Shown: in pieces, positions 25,571 through 38,891 of the stretch | How positions within the stretch are numbered: the stretch's first letter is position 1 | Layout of the letters: every line of letters begins with the position of its first letter | From: Syncephalis fuscata S228 | Taxonomy: Eukaryota > Fungi > Zoopagomycota | Reading direction: 5' to 3' | Length of the DNA: 64,000 bases | NCBI GenBank assembly: GCA_025786725.1 | Contig: JAHLTZ010000013.1 | Span: 372,001-436,000 of the forward strand | Notes under the pieces: generated by a model | Database searches by the model: none | Told to the model about the DNA's origin: nothing | Seen by the model: the letters and a program-made list of their open reading frames with translations, nothing else | Made by a program: the position numbers and the translations under genes

Positions 25571-26998
25571 GCAAATAGGTCATAAGATTAGCACTTGTTT
25601 GTTTGTACTATGACTTGCTTGCTTGCGAATGCATAGCCAAGCCGAATCAACTATTCACCGACGGAGTTGGCATAACAGCAGCCGTTTCATTTGCCGCTCG
25701 TGCCTATCAATTCTATTGGACACCAAGAACAAAGAGTAAGTACTATTCAACCTGCTTCTTCAATTGTTTGAATAAACATTTTATTTGCACTGGTGTTAGT
25801 ATCATTTAGAATGTTATCAATAGTGTATATTAAATATAAATAAAAAATAATAACAAATTTATACCATCAAATATTGAATATAAAAGTTTGATTAAAAACT
25901 CGTTACTCTTTTAATACTGCGAATCTAGAACCATTATGGCCATGATCTGCTAGTACACGTGTTTTCAAATTTGATCAAAATTGTCAAAATTTAGCAAAAA
26001 ATGAATATGGCCGCGTTCAAACTGTGTGTACCATCTTAAAATGGCCAAGTCGTCTATCATGCCTATAATGCCAAACATGCCAGGACTACAAGTCTAAATA
26101 GGTGCAAGACTTGGAAACCTTGAAGGCCCCATTCGTCTAATGTTTATTCCTGATAATCGTTGTGCCATCATCCATTCAGCAATCTGTTGCTTTGCCAGTT
26201 AGATCTGTAAACCGGATCATAAAGATCCAGTAATCATAAACTGATTTATTTATACATTTATACGTACTGAGACACACACGCATGACTCAGTCCGATTTAC
26301 ATTGGCAATGGTGGCAATTGTTTTCGGTAAATAAAATCAAATCGCTTTATTGAACAAATACGTTGTAAAATAACTTGTTAGTTGACATGATGAAGCCGGT
26401 TTACGAGCAAAACATTGCATGTACAGTGCATACTCCTCCATCCATGCTTTCATGCTCTCTTGCATAGACGAACACGTACACACACATGACAACTCGTGCT
26501 GGATGGTCTGGTTAAACGGACATCAGTACCATAGCAACTACCATTCTAGTCTAATGGCTAACCAGTAACAATTACTTTTATTAGAAAGTGACATCAAAGA
26601 CTAGGCAAACACGCACACACACGCACACGCACACCGCACCGTACTTCGGTGTTCAAGTGCAGTCTTTATCGGAGTTGCAAGCATCATTCTATAGAGTAGC
26701 AAAAGAGCGACTATCTATCCAAGGTTCATTCTTCATAATCCCGCATTCTAAACTGTTCAATTCTACCGTCTTCTGTCATCTACTTGTTTTATACATATAC
26801 ATAATATATATACATAATATATAAATACATATACACCTATACACCTACTCTCTAATAGCTTTTTATTATATAAACTCGTAATATCTATTTTCCTATTTGA
26901 TTAAACATAATACTATAGTTTCTAAAAGGGTCGACTGCGACCACGCTTGTTATAAGCGCTGTATTTAGGCGCTTAAGAAGAATTACTGACGGAAAGTC

Positions 26999-28699
26999 AT
27001 GGTCTCTGAGGACTGGGCTAATCCGTTTTTTGGTCAAGGCGTTGAAAGAAATTGCCGGTAAGTAAACGTGTACGGAGCTCAAAGAAAAGTGATTTTATGG
27101 TCACAAGAGTTTTACCATGTTTGTATTGATAGCAATGTGGCTAACTTTTTAACTTTGTTGTATTTTTATCAATGTGTGTGTGTATTAAAGCTTCTACTCT
27201 GAAACCCATGATTGTGTATTTGAAGAAACGCTACTCTCCATCAATCTAGTAGCTCTTATACTTAGTTTCATCGGTAGCGTTGTCGGTCTATGGGGCATTG
27301 TTAAAATAGGCTGGAGAAAGAATGAACGCTGGAAGATTACAGAGAAGGTCGCGGCGTTTTTTACCTTTTATTTCATATGTAAGTATTTTAACTAGTGGCT
27401 AGTGTAAATGATGATAACATGCTATATTATTAGTCCGTCTAGCATTTCTCATTGCTCTAGTTGGTCGTATTCTAATCAACATATGGCCATTCTTATGGTA
27501 TTACAAAATAGCTGCTGGATATTTGTCTTAGCGGGATGTGTTATTTACATAGAAAGTTTGTAAGTAATCACAGCTACTAAAGCAACGATCAATCAGTGCT
27601 AATGTCTATGGCGTACAGAATGACTATTATCCCCACAAGAAGAAACACCCGAGGATCCAACTCTAGTAACAGCGATAAAATAGAAACACTCATATCTACA
27701 CAACTCTAATCATTGTAATTACTGCCAGTATTTTAACGGTGTTTGGATTTCTTGACGGATGGAGTCGTGAACGTGGCGAATATGACGATGAGCTACTATT
27801 TCATCGTATCCTTAAAGTGATCTATGCCATCATCTCGTATGTGGCAAGCTGGTTTATTTGGAAACATGGCCGAAAACTACATAAACTGGCTAAGAACCGT
27901 GCCAACGTTATGGAGCAATTTCCACAACGTGGGCGTAACCTTACGCCTCTAGTTATAGCGCCAATGCTAGAATCGTCGCCAGATACGAAAGAAATTGATT
28001 TCTCCACAAGTATTACCGGACAACAAAATGCTAAACAGCTACGACATAGCCAGTTTCGAGTGGGTAAAACAAAAGGCACAGGTATTAACTGTTATTAACG
28101 TACTTTACCACTAGTTGGACACCATTAACTGGGCCATTCTTATTGGTGGAACGGCATTTGGATCGTTTGCACTCCTCTACGCCGCTATCCTTCCAGAAGT
28201 TGTTACTAGACCAGGGCTCAATCTTTTATTTCATTTACTACTCAATGTTCTTACAACATTGATCTTTCTTTTAATGATGGTAGGTATAGCATGATAGCAT
28301 ATTTATAACTTATTAATTAACATTTTGTCAAATTAGATTATTCTAGTGTTTAGCGTTACATATCAACGTGAATTGGAACGCCAAAAGGCGGAAGCCTACC
28401 AAAAGACAGCCAACGATGGAACCTGCCCATACTCGTACAACGATAATCTATCGATTTGTACACGAAATACTTTAGATATGGTAGAGGCATCAAGGCTATC
28501 GGCCGCCATTGCCACACTGCAAGCCGAGGTTCGCCTTGAACCACTCATGGTGGTTGAACATAGTCTGGCACCGGCAACGCAACCAAGACAATTCGACAGT
28601 TTGAATGCAAGAGATAGTCTCACTCCTTCCTCATCAAGAAGAGTGCGAGATGACTGGATGTACTGTGCTTTGCAGGCTAGAGACTCGATTGCCAAATGA
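26999..28699 (+). CDS. Orphan 7TM receptor-like protein, copy A
   Basis: Exon 1 MVSEDWANPFFGQGVERNCR, exon 2 FYSETHDCVFEE followed by TM1. About seven hydrophobic segments across the exons, post-TM5 WKHGRKLHKLAKNRANVMEQF, and a long polar C-tail. Confidence 0.65.
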
Positions 28700-30157
28700 T
28701 CAAAATAGTAGTGCATAAAATGCTTATTTTAATAATTATTCGATCAAAAATGCTATTTTGCCACTTATTCATTGATCAAAGCTAATTGCGCTAATATGTT
28801 TTATTTTTGACTATTAACGCACTGTTGGCTTTGCTGCTTTGATCTGCAATCTTTTGTAAACTATAAAATGTCTTGCCATTTTGTCGTCTTTTTTACTGGG
28901 TTTAATATGGTTATATTTGGTTTTAAAGACTAGCTAATAAAGTATATCGATTATTCCTGAGTACAATTAACGACTTTTATCAGTCATTTAACTACTCTAT
29001 GCACTTTTATTCACTCGTTTACTGTACAGTTCTAATAAGCTTATTACTACTTAATTTAACAAATAATGTGTATAAATATGATTATTGATATACCATTACG
29101 ATAAATATCGCAAATGTGGTGTGTTCACAATACTAATGTGGTGCATTTTCGTACTTGCAACGCACGAATACAACGATAAAGTTACTATTTCGGTTCCGAT
29201 TAGCTGAGAATCACGGCCTAGACTGATGCAATGAGGGCGACTAAAATGGAAAATGGACTAACCGTGGCAAACCATGTGTTCGGAATGATTCTTTATTCTT
29301 TGGCATCATTTGCCGACTTTTAAGTCTACATTGGAACAAACAAAAAATATTTACGCCAAGACTCAATGTAATTTATGTTCTTCAAGTATTTTGACAATAT
29401 ACTGTGTACAAAGTGCAACGTATAACTCAATTATGATCGTGATCATCATGATTCTGATCATAAGCATATCGAATTATTAAATTCATGGGGCATGATACGC
29501 AATTAACATGAATGCGGCATCAATAAACTATACCGGTTTCATGAAATGCAGTAGCATTCCCGGGCGAACATTGTTCCACTACGTGCCTTACCTTGTCGCC
29601 TATAGCTTCAACGCCACTCTATAGCTTATAGCATTAGGCGATTAATGTAATTGAACTATGTTCTAGTCACTCCTATACCTAATCGATAAATCTAGCCGTC
29701 CATTGCTGGCATTTGGACAAAAGGTCTAGAGGTATTAATAGCTATGCACGTCCAAACGCATGTTTGCACCAGCCAATCATGCTTCTTGGCTTTAGAACAA
29801 CAGAGCACGTTAGGCTGCATGGAAAAGGCCAACGCTAACACTTGGATAGTGTTTGTATACCCTGCCACATTACCAATTAAAAGCACTGGATACCATGCGA
29901 TATTTCTGCTATCGTTTTCAAGTTTTGTATGTTCTCGTATTTGGCCAACAACGCAAAAGTCCACTTTTTAGTATATATTTGTTTTTTCTTTCTAGTCCGC
30001 TTCGTCCTTTATTTTGTATTAATATCTCTGTCACTACCACTAATCCAACTTATGTAATAGCAGTATTTACAAGTTATAAATATCTATAAATATCTATACA
30101 TCTATATTGCAACGTCTAGACTACTTTTAAACAAAAAAGAACGTTATTAGTTGCGCG

Positions 30158-32228
30158 ATGCAGTCGGAACAAGACTGGGTGGTTTTGGGCGTAGCAGAAG
30201 GCAAACGAGCTTGTCGGTAGGTGTTTATTTCTACTTTTGTAAATGATTGATGCGTCATTTAGTGATATAACAAGTACCCTCTGCGTCATCCTAATAAATA
30301 ATAATATTAACGACGTTTTATATATTTTCTGTTTAGCACTCATTGGGAAATATATGACTGTAAAGACGAGACCATCCTGCTACATATTGCCCTAGCTAGT
30401 GTTGCTTTTTCAAGCTTTAGTATTGTATTGAGCTTTGGCACTATTTTTACGCATTGGATATTTCGAAAAAAATTGCCTTGGTCGGCCGCTGAAATGTTTA
30501 CAATTTATGCTGTAATGTCGCAGCTTAGTAAGTATTAAGTGGTAAAAAAATGATGTGAATTAATAGCAACGTAATGCTAGCTCGACTCCTTTTCTTAGGC
30601 ATAGTATTAGCAGGATTTGGTCGTAATCAGCCGACACTTATGAACTTTGGATATGTGTTTCCCATGCTATTTCTATTTATAGCACTACTAACTTATGGTC
30701 GAACAATGTAAGAAGTACCGAAATTAGAAATTGATTAATATATCATACTAATAATAATAATAATAACAATAATACTGATAATACTGATAACTTTACTGTT
30801 GTGGCTATTGTTTTTAGTATTTCTGTTTATCCGCCACAGCATCAACATCCTTCTAATACAGGATTTGGCCCAAAAGCCACTTGTTTCTTGACCATTGTCT
30901 TCTGCACCATCACTATTATGGGTTATTTCTGCGCAGCACTCATTGCCGGCTCCTCAAATCAAGAAAATAAATACACCGTGGAGCGTTGGTGCTTGGGAAT
31001 GCTTTACATTTTCGAAGGTGTAGCCGCAGGTACAAGCTGTCTTTTTGTTTGGCACTATGGCACAGAGCTTCATATATTGGTTATACAGAGAACAGGTATA
31101 CTATCTCAATTTGTCTCAGCGAATCAACGATCACGTAACAACGAAGAGGGCAATAAAGCAGAGATGGCCCATTTGAAATTTTCAAAGAAACGAGTAAGTT
31201 GTATTTGATTCGCAAAATAAGCATATCCAATATTGTGTACGCTTTTCTCTGTTTGTATAGGTTCGACTACTTAGTCAGGCTTGTGGTCTTTGTGGACTTA
31301 TATTTACCCCAATATGTTTTCTTCATGGATTATTTGTGCAACAAATATACAACTCAACACCACTTATCATTATTAGTTCTGTTGTATTAAACCTTGGCAT
31401 TCCTTTAATAGTTTTTATCATTATAGTAAGTAATGATTTAATTTGCTATTGCTTTACTTATTAAACTGTATTATTATTATTATATTTAAATTGATAGATA
31501 CAGCTGTTTATTAGGTAAGGATTTTAATAAATATATAATATTATGTCATTACTAATTGGCATTGCAATAGCAAAATTCGTCAAGTTTGGTTAATTAGAAA
31601 GAGATCACGTCAAAATTTAAATAAATTATCAAATGTACTCATACAACGTGAGGAGCAGGCAAATTCCTCATCGCCTTTATTAATAGGCTATACACTTAAA
31701 CACGCATCGGCCGAGGTAGGAATTGTTTCAGATGACGCGGTATTTCCGTATAGTATTGCCGATGTGCCGCTGGTCGACATGCCAAACGATGCCATGTGTC
31801 GGTCGCCCGACGATATCGACTATTTTGAACATAGCAATGAATCGGTACGCGCTGGCGGTAAATCGCTTGCCCATGCCTACAGTATCGGTAGTTTACCGCT
31901 GGTTGAAGTAACCGCTGAGCCTAGGTGTCGGCTAGGCATCAATCGAAACAGACGTCGCCAGTGTCACGACAATAACGTGGATCCAGAATCACAGCTACTA
32001 TCGCTGGCTATGGATTTGAATACATCAACTTTGGATCCAAGACAGGTCCTTGGTTTTTCCGGAAGTAACATTTTAATTGATGCCAGCAATGAAATTTATA
32101 CCGGCCACAGCTATGGCGATGATGATGATGATGATGCTGCTAATGAAAATGCTGATTCTGAATCAATTAACATGGCTCGAGGTCATGAAATATCATGGGT
32201 CCAACCACAGCCACGAGACAAACGATAA
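30158..32228 (+). CDS. Orphan 7TM receptor-like protein, copy B
   Basis: Exon 1 MQSEQDWVVLGVAEGKRACR, exon 2 THWEIYDCKDE; same intron positions as copy A; WHYGTELHILVIQRTGILSQF; long acidic C-tail ending QPQPRDKR*. Confidence 0.65.
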
Positions 32229-32628
32229 TCAATACTTGGCTTGCTATCTATAGTCCTTATTTACATGTTGCTTAATGGTTTATCCGCTAACCTAACATGA
32301 CACATCCTCTCTATCCCTTGGTTATTATTTGTAACGCCGGTCTCCTCTTTCCATACATACCACATGAGCATTTGCATCAATACCTGCATCCATAGCTGGG
32401 TATTTAAAAAAAGCCCACCAGTCTATTTGATAAAACAAGTTTTTAACCATGTTTGAGTGTCTGTCTCAATATGCTGTAACATGCAGTATGAGGCCTAGAA
32501 GCATACTTTTTCTATTTGAACCACTATATATCTATTTTTTCGGCGTTTATTTTACTTCAATTACAAAGCATTACAGTGCAATCTTTTACTACATCGTGTA
32601 ACTTTGCTGGTGGACTAAATATGTCGTA

Positions 32629-34142
32629 ATGGATTCACATACAAACAATCATCATCCGCCTTTATGTCGGTAGGTGGTCATTCACATGTACTTAACGCTG
32701 TTTGACTCCGTCAATAACGTATATTCTTTAGTATTTACTCTGATATTTATTCGTGCAAATATCATGAGGGCATGCGCATAGTTGCTATTATAACTGCTTC
32801 ACTTGCTGGTCTTGGAAGCATATCGGTCGGAGTCTACGCGTGGATTCGATTTAAGCGTCGTCACATACCAATAGGCGCAACTGAACAGGTTGCTGTGTTC
32901 CTTGGAGTTCATATATTAGGTATGTAACAGATTAGACGACAACAACAGCTTTTTTATGCCAATACGTTAGAGCGTCTGTGTTTCTGGGCATTGACATTAT
33001 CTGAAATCCTTAGAGGGCAATATGTACTAACAGCGCTTTTAAGCAATATGGGCTGGGTGCCTTTAATATTTGCCTCATTTGCTTATTTGTACAATGTGTA
33101 AGTAACATTGGTATGACATGAAGTGCCATTTAAATAGCACGTGTGCCTGTGTGTGTAATATACTAATCAATCGATTGATTAATAGTGTTGTGGCCTGTCC
33201 ACTACCAAATTTAAGCTGTGCCCAATCTCAGGCACGAACACGGCGCGTTCGCATTATTATTATAAGTTCAGCTGTGCTTTTATTCCTGTCATGTTTCGCA
33301 ATATCTGTGGCAGCGGGTATTTATCGCAACAAGCATAAACATATTGTTGAAATGAAAATAATGGGTGGCATGCTTTACCTTTATGGTTTTACACTTTTGG
33401 CAGTATCATTGGCAATGTGGCGGTATGGCTTTCGTCTCCAGAAATTGGTAAAGCAACGAACCAATGTTCTTAACCAGTTTGGAGATAATGAGCGACGCAT
33501 TGCATCGGCTGCACAGCAGCGCCATCTAAACGGCATTAATCAGCCACCGGATAACAGTATAGCATTTCGTAGTAGTCATGAACGGGTAAATTTCAGAATT
33601 ACTTTAGAGTAAAGCGGATATTAACTACGCGGTTACTTTCTACAGCTACGCTCGGTTAACCGGTTCCTAATTCCCATTGGAATAATATTCGGACTAGCTC
33701 TCCTCCTGGCAGGCATTTTTGGCAGGAGATACTATGAGAAGCAAGAGTACAGCGTTGTTATAAGTATACTAGTTAATGCCATGTGTATATTCTTTGTTGT
33801 ACTCATTGAGGTACGTGCAATTTTATGTTATTTATTCCCATTAATCAATGATATCAAAACATAATAGAGCTATCTGACCATTAGGTAAGTGATTGTAGCA
33901 TTGATGAAGACAACGACTAAATCAAATAAATTAGTTTCTTTCGAGAATACACACAAGAGAACAGGGACCGTGCAAAGCTAGTGCCAGAAGCGGCCTGTTC
34001 GACAGAAAGTGCAGCATCACCTTTGACCTCGATGGATGCATTAGAACTGGATTATTCAAGGCTACTCCCGCTCAATCCGGTCAATTCTTCCGGAACTAAA
34101 CCACCATTGCATTACATAGCAGAGGAGGACGCAGCAAACTAG
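32629..34142 (+). CDS. Orphan 7TM receptor-like protein, copy C
   Basis: Exon 1 MDSHTNNHHPPLCR, exon 2 IYSDIYSCKYHE; WIRFKRRHIPIGATE; WRYGFRLQKLVKQRTNVLNQF; 17-nt micro-exon 33868-33884; stop TAG 34140-34142. Confidence 0.65.
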
Positions 34143-34812
34143 TATTGAGTGCCGAGACCACTGTGACAACTACATACGCATCGACTACCATCTGCTGTTA
34201 TACCATCCTTAGATACAAGACTCGCCGGGCCGATTCATCAGTGCATTGCATTATACATTAATTAGTTTTTAACTATAATTCATTAATAAATATAATTGTT
34301 TTTCATCCCTCAGTAAAATGTTGCATTTTTAGTGCTTATTAACAAAAATTACGGCACCACTAATTTAGACCGTAAATGTATTGCTGTTTTTGTATGAAAA
34401 TCGGGTATAAAATGGTTATCTGCCTACCAAGCCTTAACTGCTGCAAATATGAATGTAGCATGACTTGGAGTACGTGCATTCTAGGCCTTTTGCAGTTGAA
34501 CCAATTTGACAGCAAGCATAGATCATGTACCCGTATTTTTATTCACAATAGAGCAGTTATACAATTATGATTGGATGGTAGTTTATAGCATGCTAGTACA
34601 ACAGATTCACGACATGAACACGCGGTTATCAGCAATATAACCGGTTGGTCCTCAAACTAGAAACACGAAGTATTGTATCATTTATTGCCATAAATCCGCA
34701 TTTGGTTATCAGTCGCCACTCTACTTGTTTAGCTCTTCTCTTTTTTACATTTATGCGTAACATTCTTGCTTTAATATAAAATCCACTCGTACCTTAGTGT
34801 CTACTACGTGAC

Positions 34813-36449
34813 ATGAATCATAATATAAATGATATAGAAAAATCCTCAATATGTCGGTGAGTCAACTTGAACGTGATGCCGTTATACATCAAACACACAG
34901 CCTAATTTCGTCGAAACTTATCCTAGCACCTATGCCGACTTGTATAGTTGCAAGGATGAAGTGACTCTATTCTACATATACATAGTGTCCATTGTCCTAG
35001 CTGCAATTGGTCTATTGCTGCGTTATTTGTTTTTTGGCTTCGTTATAAACGACGCCACTTGGCTTGGGCACCAACAGAAGGCGTAGCATTTTGGTTTGGA
35101 CTGCACATTATAGGTATAAAAAAGCAGTGACCAAACTAATACATAACAGATTGCTGATCTAATTTAATAGAAAGATTTTTTTATTTATATTAATAATTAC
35201 CGGAGTAATTGAAAAAGAAAATGAACTAAAGGGTGCTTTATGCGCGTTAGCCTGGTCATTGGCATTGATGGCCGTTTACGAGTATATTGGTGGCGTGTAA
35301 GTGCACTGCGGTTTATCTAGATGAATTGAGCCATAACTATTTGTAGGCTTGCAGCTAGTCCCCCGCCCAATTTAACTCAGCACCAGATCCTTGTACGCAA
35401 CAGGCGGCTACGTCGTTTTTTATCAATAGGAATTGCGATTGCTATAATCATTAGTATTGCTGTCGCGCTTTTAACCGGAAAATTCCGCTCTACTGGGAAT
35501 TATGATTTTGAAATTATTATGATGCAAATATTTTTACTTGATTATACAGTATGCCTATTAATTATGATTGGCATTGTCTGGTATTTTGGTGTTAAAATTC
35601 AGCGCCTAGTACGTCAACGTGCAACTATACTAGAGCAATTTAGTGAACAAGATCGCAGCTCAAACCTACCACCGGTTCGTTATCAATATAGCATGAATAG
35701 AGATACGGCAAACGCAAAAGCATCGCTAAATAGCAGCGCAGAAAGGGTAAGCGTATTATATAATCATTTGTTATTATTATTGTATTTTATTAAAAACTGA
35801 TTTAAAAATATAGATGTATTTTATCAATTATTGCTTTTTTGGTTCGGCCTCATTTTTGCTATCGTTCTGACTGCCTATGCAGTTAAAACACAACGATATT
35901 TGAAAGCGTGCTATGGAATAATATTGTTAGCGGCTTTGTTAATGTTGGTGGATCAGCCATGGCAACTTTCATTGAGGTAAGTATTTAAACTATCCTGCAT
36001 CAATGGCACTAAGCAATTATATTTTCGTTTTTAGATCTATTTGAGTATAGGGTAATTGCTAGTATGATGATGGAATTAGTCATTAACGTTAACCTGTTAG
36101 TTTCCTTAGACTTTATCTAAAAGACAATCGACGACATACAAATCGTTCATCTAATCAGAAACTGTCACCGCCAACTAATTTATCGCCTAGCTGCTCTATT
36201 GAGCTGCCAGCCTTAGACTATCCAAACTGGTCAAGTAATAATACAATTAATCACTCTGATGAAGAATCTGGTAACAAGCTAGTACTTCAAAATGCACTTA
36301 GTGACTGTGCAACACTACCATCCGAATCAACTGCCATTACGTCGATGGACATGGACGTGGTGGACCAAACGATAAATGTACCAACTATGCACATTACACC
36401 ACGTCCGGCTCACATCACTTTTATTAATCGTGAAAATAAGAACTCATAA
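34813..36449 (+). CDS. Orphan 7TM receptor-like protein, copy D (frameshifted in this sequence: pseudogene or consensus error)
   Basis: Exon 1 MNHNINDIEKSSICR, exon 2 TYADLYSCKDE; WYFGVKIQRLVRQRATILEQF. Frame shifts are needed near 35010-35037 and 35830-35925 to keep alignment with copy C. Confidence 0.6.
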
Positions 36450-38219
36450 TGATGTTATTTTTAATATATATATATGTAATCATTTTTATCGTTATTTAAA
36501 TAATATCGATTTCAATAATAGTATCATTGTAATAAATAAACACATCCATTATTACTAATTGTTAAATCATTTGCATAATATAATGGCCATTTAACACCGT
36601 TTATTAGTAATATAAAATCTATTTTTAGTTTATGAAAAGTGTTTGCGAAGATACCATGCTATTGCTATTATTACTATTATTACTATCATTCCATAGTTTC
36701 TAGTCAATATGTTACATCTATAGTCAATCTGGTTACAAATGGCAATGATTTTATTAACATTTTTATGTTTCATTCGTAAGTATTCTTGGCATACTATTTA
36801 CCAGTCCTTGAAATCTTTGTAATCTGCTTGGAACATGATAAAAAATGACATCAGCTAAGCATTGGCGTGTAATGGTTACATTTGCACTCCATTCACCTGA
36901 TACAATCCTATCTGCAGTACGCCAAGCTAGATTGGTTCAAAATTACTAAGGCACAAAGGGAAACGATGGTAGAATGGTATTTAGAGACCATGAACACATG
37001 ATTATGTCAACCATGTCATAACTTGAACGTTACAAACCTCGTTGGTTGGCATCCAAGGACTATTTGCCGACACTTGAAAGTCTAAAACAATGGTAAGGGG
37101 CTTATTTACGGAACCATTTAGTTGTTTAATCTGATACAACCTTTATTGGCAATTAATTTCAAAGCGTTTTATTTAAACGCCACGCTGGCAGGACCCGCTA
37201 GTTATTGGCTTCGCCAAAGCACAGGGCCGCTTAGCAGCCACACACTAGTTTGAAACGACGTGTGACATCTGCCACATTGCTCGTTCGCACATTGCTAAAA
37301 CTACACCGATACTTACCTAGCCCTGTCGATGTCAATACGAATCTAAAACAAAAGCTCACCAGCCCTTGATGCCGAGGAGTTTTATAAGTTTGTGCGACTT
37401 TACCATGGACAAAAGTACCGCAATAGCCGAAAGAAAATAGGTGCAAACTATGTCCGAACTACCCGGTTTTCGACAAAATAGACCAATAACAGCCATTCTA
37501 TTGTAAGACAAACAACAATGGCAATGCCACTCAGCCATTCGTCTTAATGGCACAGTGCGCATGCTGGCACGTCCTCACTGTGTACCAATGTGATGGCGCA
37601 ATGCCTTTTCGAGTAGGAGAGATTGGTTGACAGCACCATGTCACAATGCAATGTGGCATGCAATGTGTAGCAATGAACAGGTTTTTATTCTGACGAAGTG
37701 TGAATGGCAAAGCGGAAGACACATCATGGCTGTCATTCTGTGTGTTTATTTTTAACGGAAACTCCTCTATGCCTTTGTTATGATCAGTGTGCGCCGTTTG
37801 GATTTCCATTTAGTATTGAGGGGTAGTGTTGCGCTGCAGCCCAAGAACATAAGCCTCACGCATCGTATTGATAAGAACCGTATGCATAAGAATAGATCAA
37901 TGCGGCTGCATGCTGCACAATAGAGCAACCAGGCTATACTTAGTGTCTATGTAGCAGCAAGTACAATCAGTTGATCCAAATAGATTCAATCAATGGACTA
38001 TGGAGGCTATAGTCCATCTATGGCGGCATCGGGTGTGTGCTGTTCTTGGTGCGTGTTGGCGGAGTATTCTATTTTTATTCCCCGTAAGTAACAGGCGATC
38101 TCGGACACTGAATTAGCTTGGAATAAGGCATGCCTTCGAGGGGGTACACAGATGGTGATGAGGGACGAATTTGGCAAAAGCAGTTCCGGTTCTATTGAAT
38201 GTCAATGAGCTCCTATGTG

Positions 38220-38254
38220 GTGTGTGTGCGTGTGCGTGTGCGTGTGTGTGTGTG
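38220..38254. repeat. (TG)n/(TGCGTG)n microsatellite upstream of methyltransferase 1
   Basis: gtgtgtgtgcgtgtgcgtgtgcgtgtgtgtgtgtg. Confidence 0.85.
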
Positions 38255-38891
38255 TTGGCTGGGTACTTTTCTACGAGGCCTTCCTTTCATTTTGTGGCGC
38301 ACGTTCCTCTTGCACCACGGCACATCAGCCAATGCAGACAAGTGTGGCCCTTGGATCAAATCAATCTCCGTCAGCTCCTTAGAATAGTAAAAATCAAGTG
38401 AGTGATGAATGAGATTAGACAACTCATCCATACTTGGCAATTAAAGAGCTGTATCACACGGATCAATAAAGAATAAATAAAAGACTTCAAACGCAGTGTC
38501 GCCTTATTCGCTATTACCGCCCCTATACTATTACTATTATAAACCACTTTGACATCGGCGTTTTTATCTTATTCCTTTTCTGCGCGTCTTTGGTTTTACT
38601 TTTCTATCCTCGTTCTTATCTTCCCTGCGTTCATTTACCTCGTTTTACGCCTATAGCAACTATCGCATACTAGCACGCTCTATTAAACTACAACTACAAG
38701 AACTTACGCACACTAACGTTTAGTTACGGTGCAATATTTTTAGATAGTTTATCGACAGGACCTACTATAACTTGTCACTACGCAAAACACCCCTTATTGA
38801 CCCCGCTGGCCTAATTTCTTTAGAGAAACATAGGCGTCATAGTGCAGCATTCCTTTTCTCGGGCCGTGTCCTAGTCTTACGTAGCATTCTT

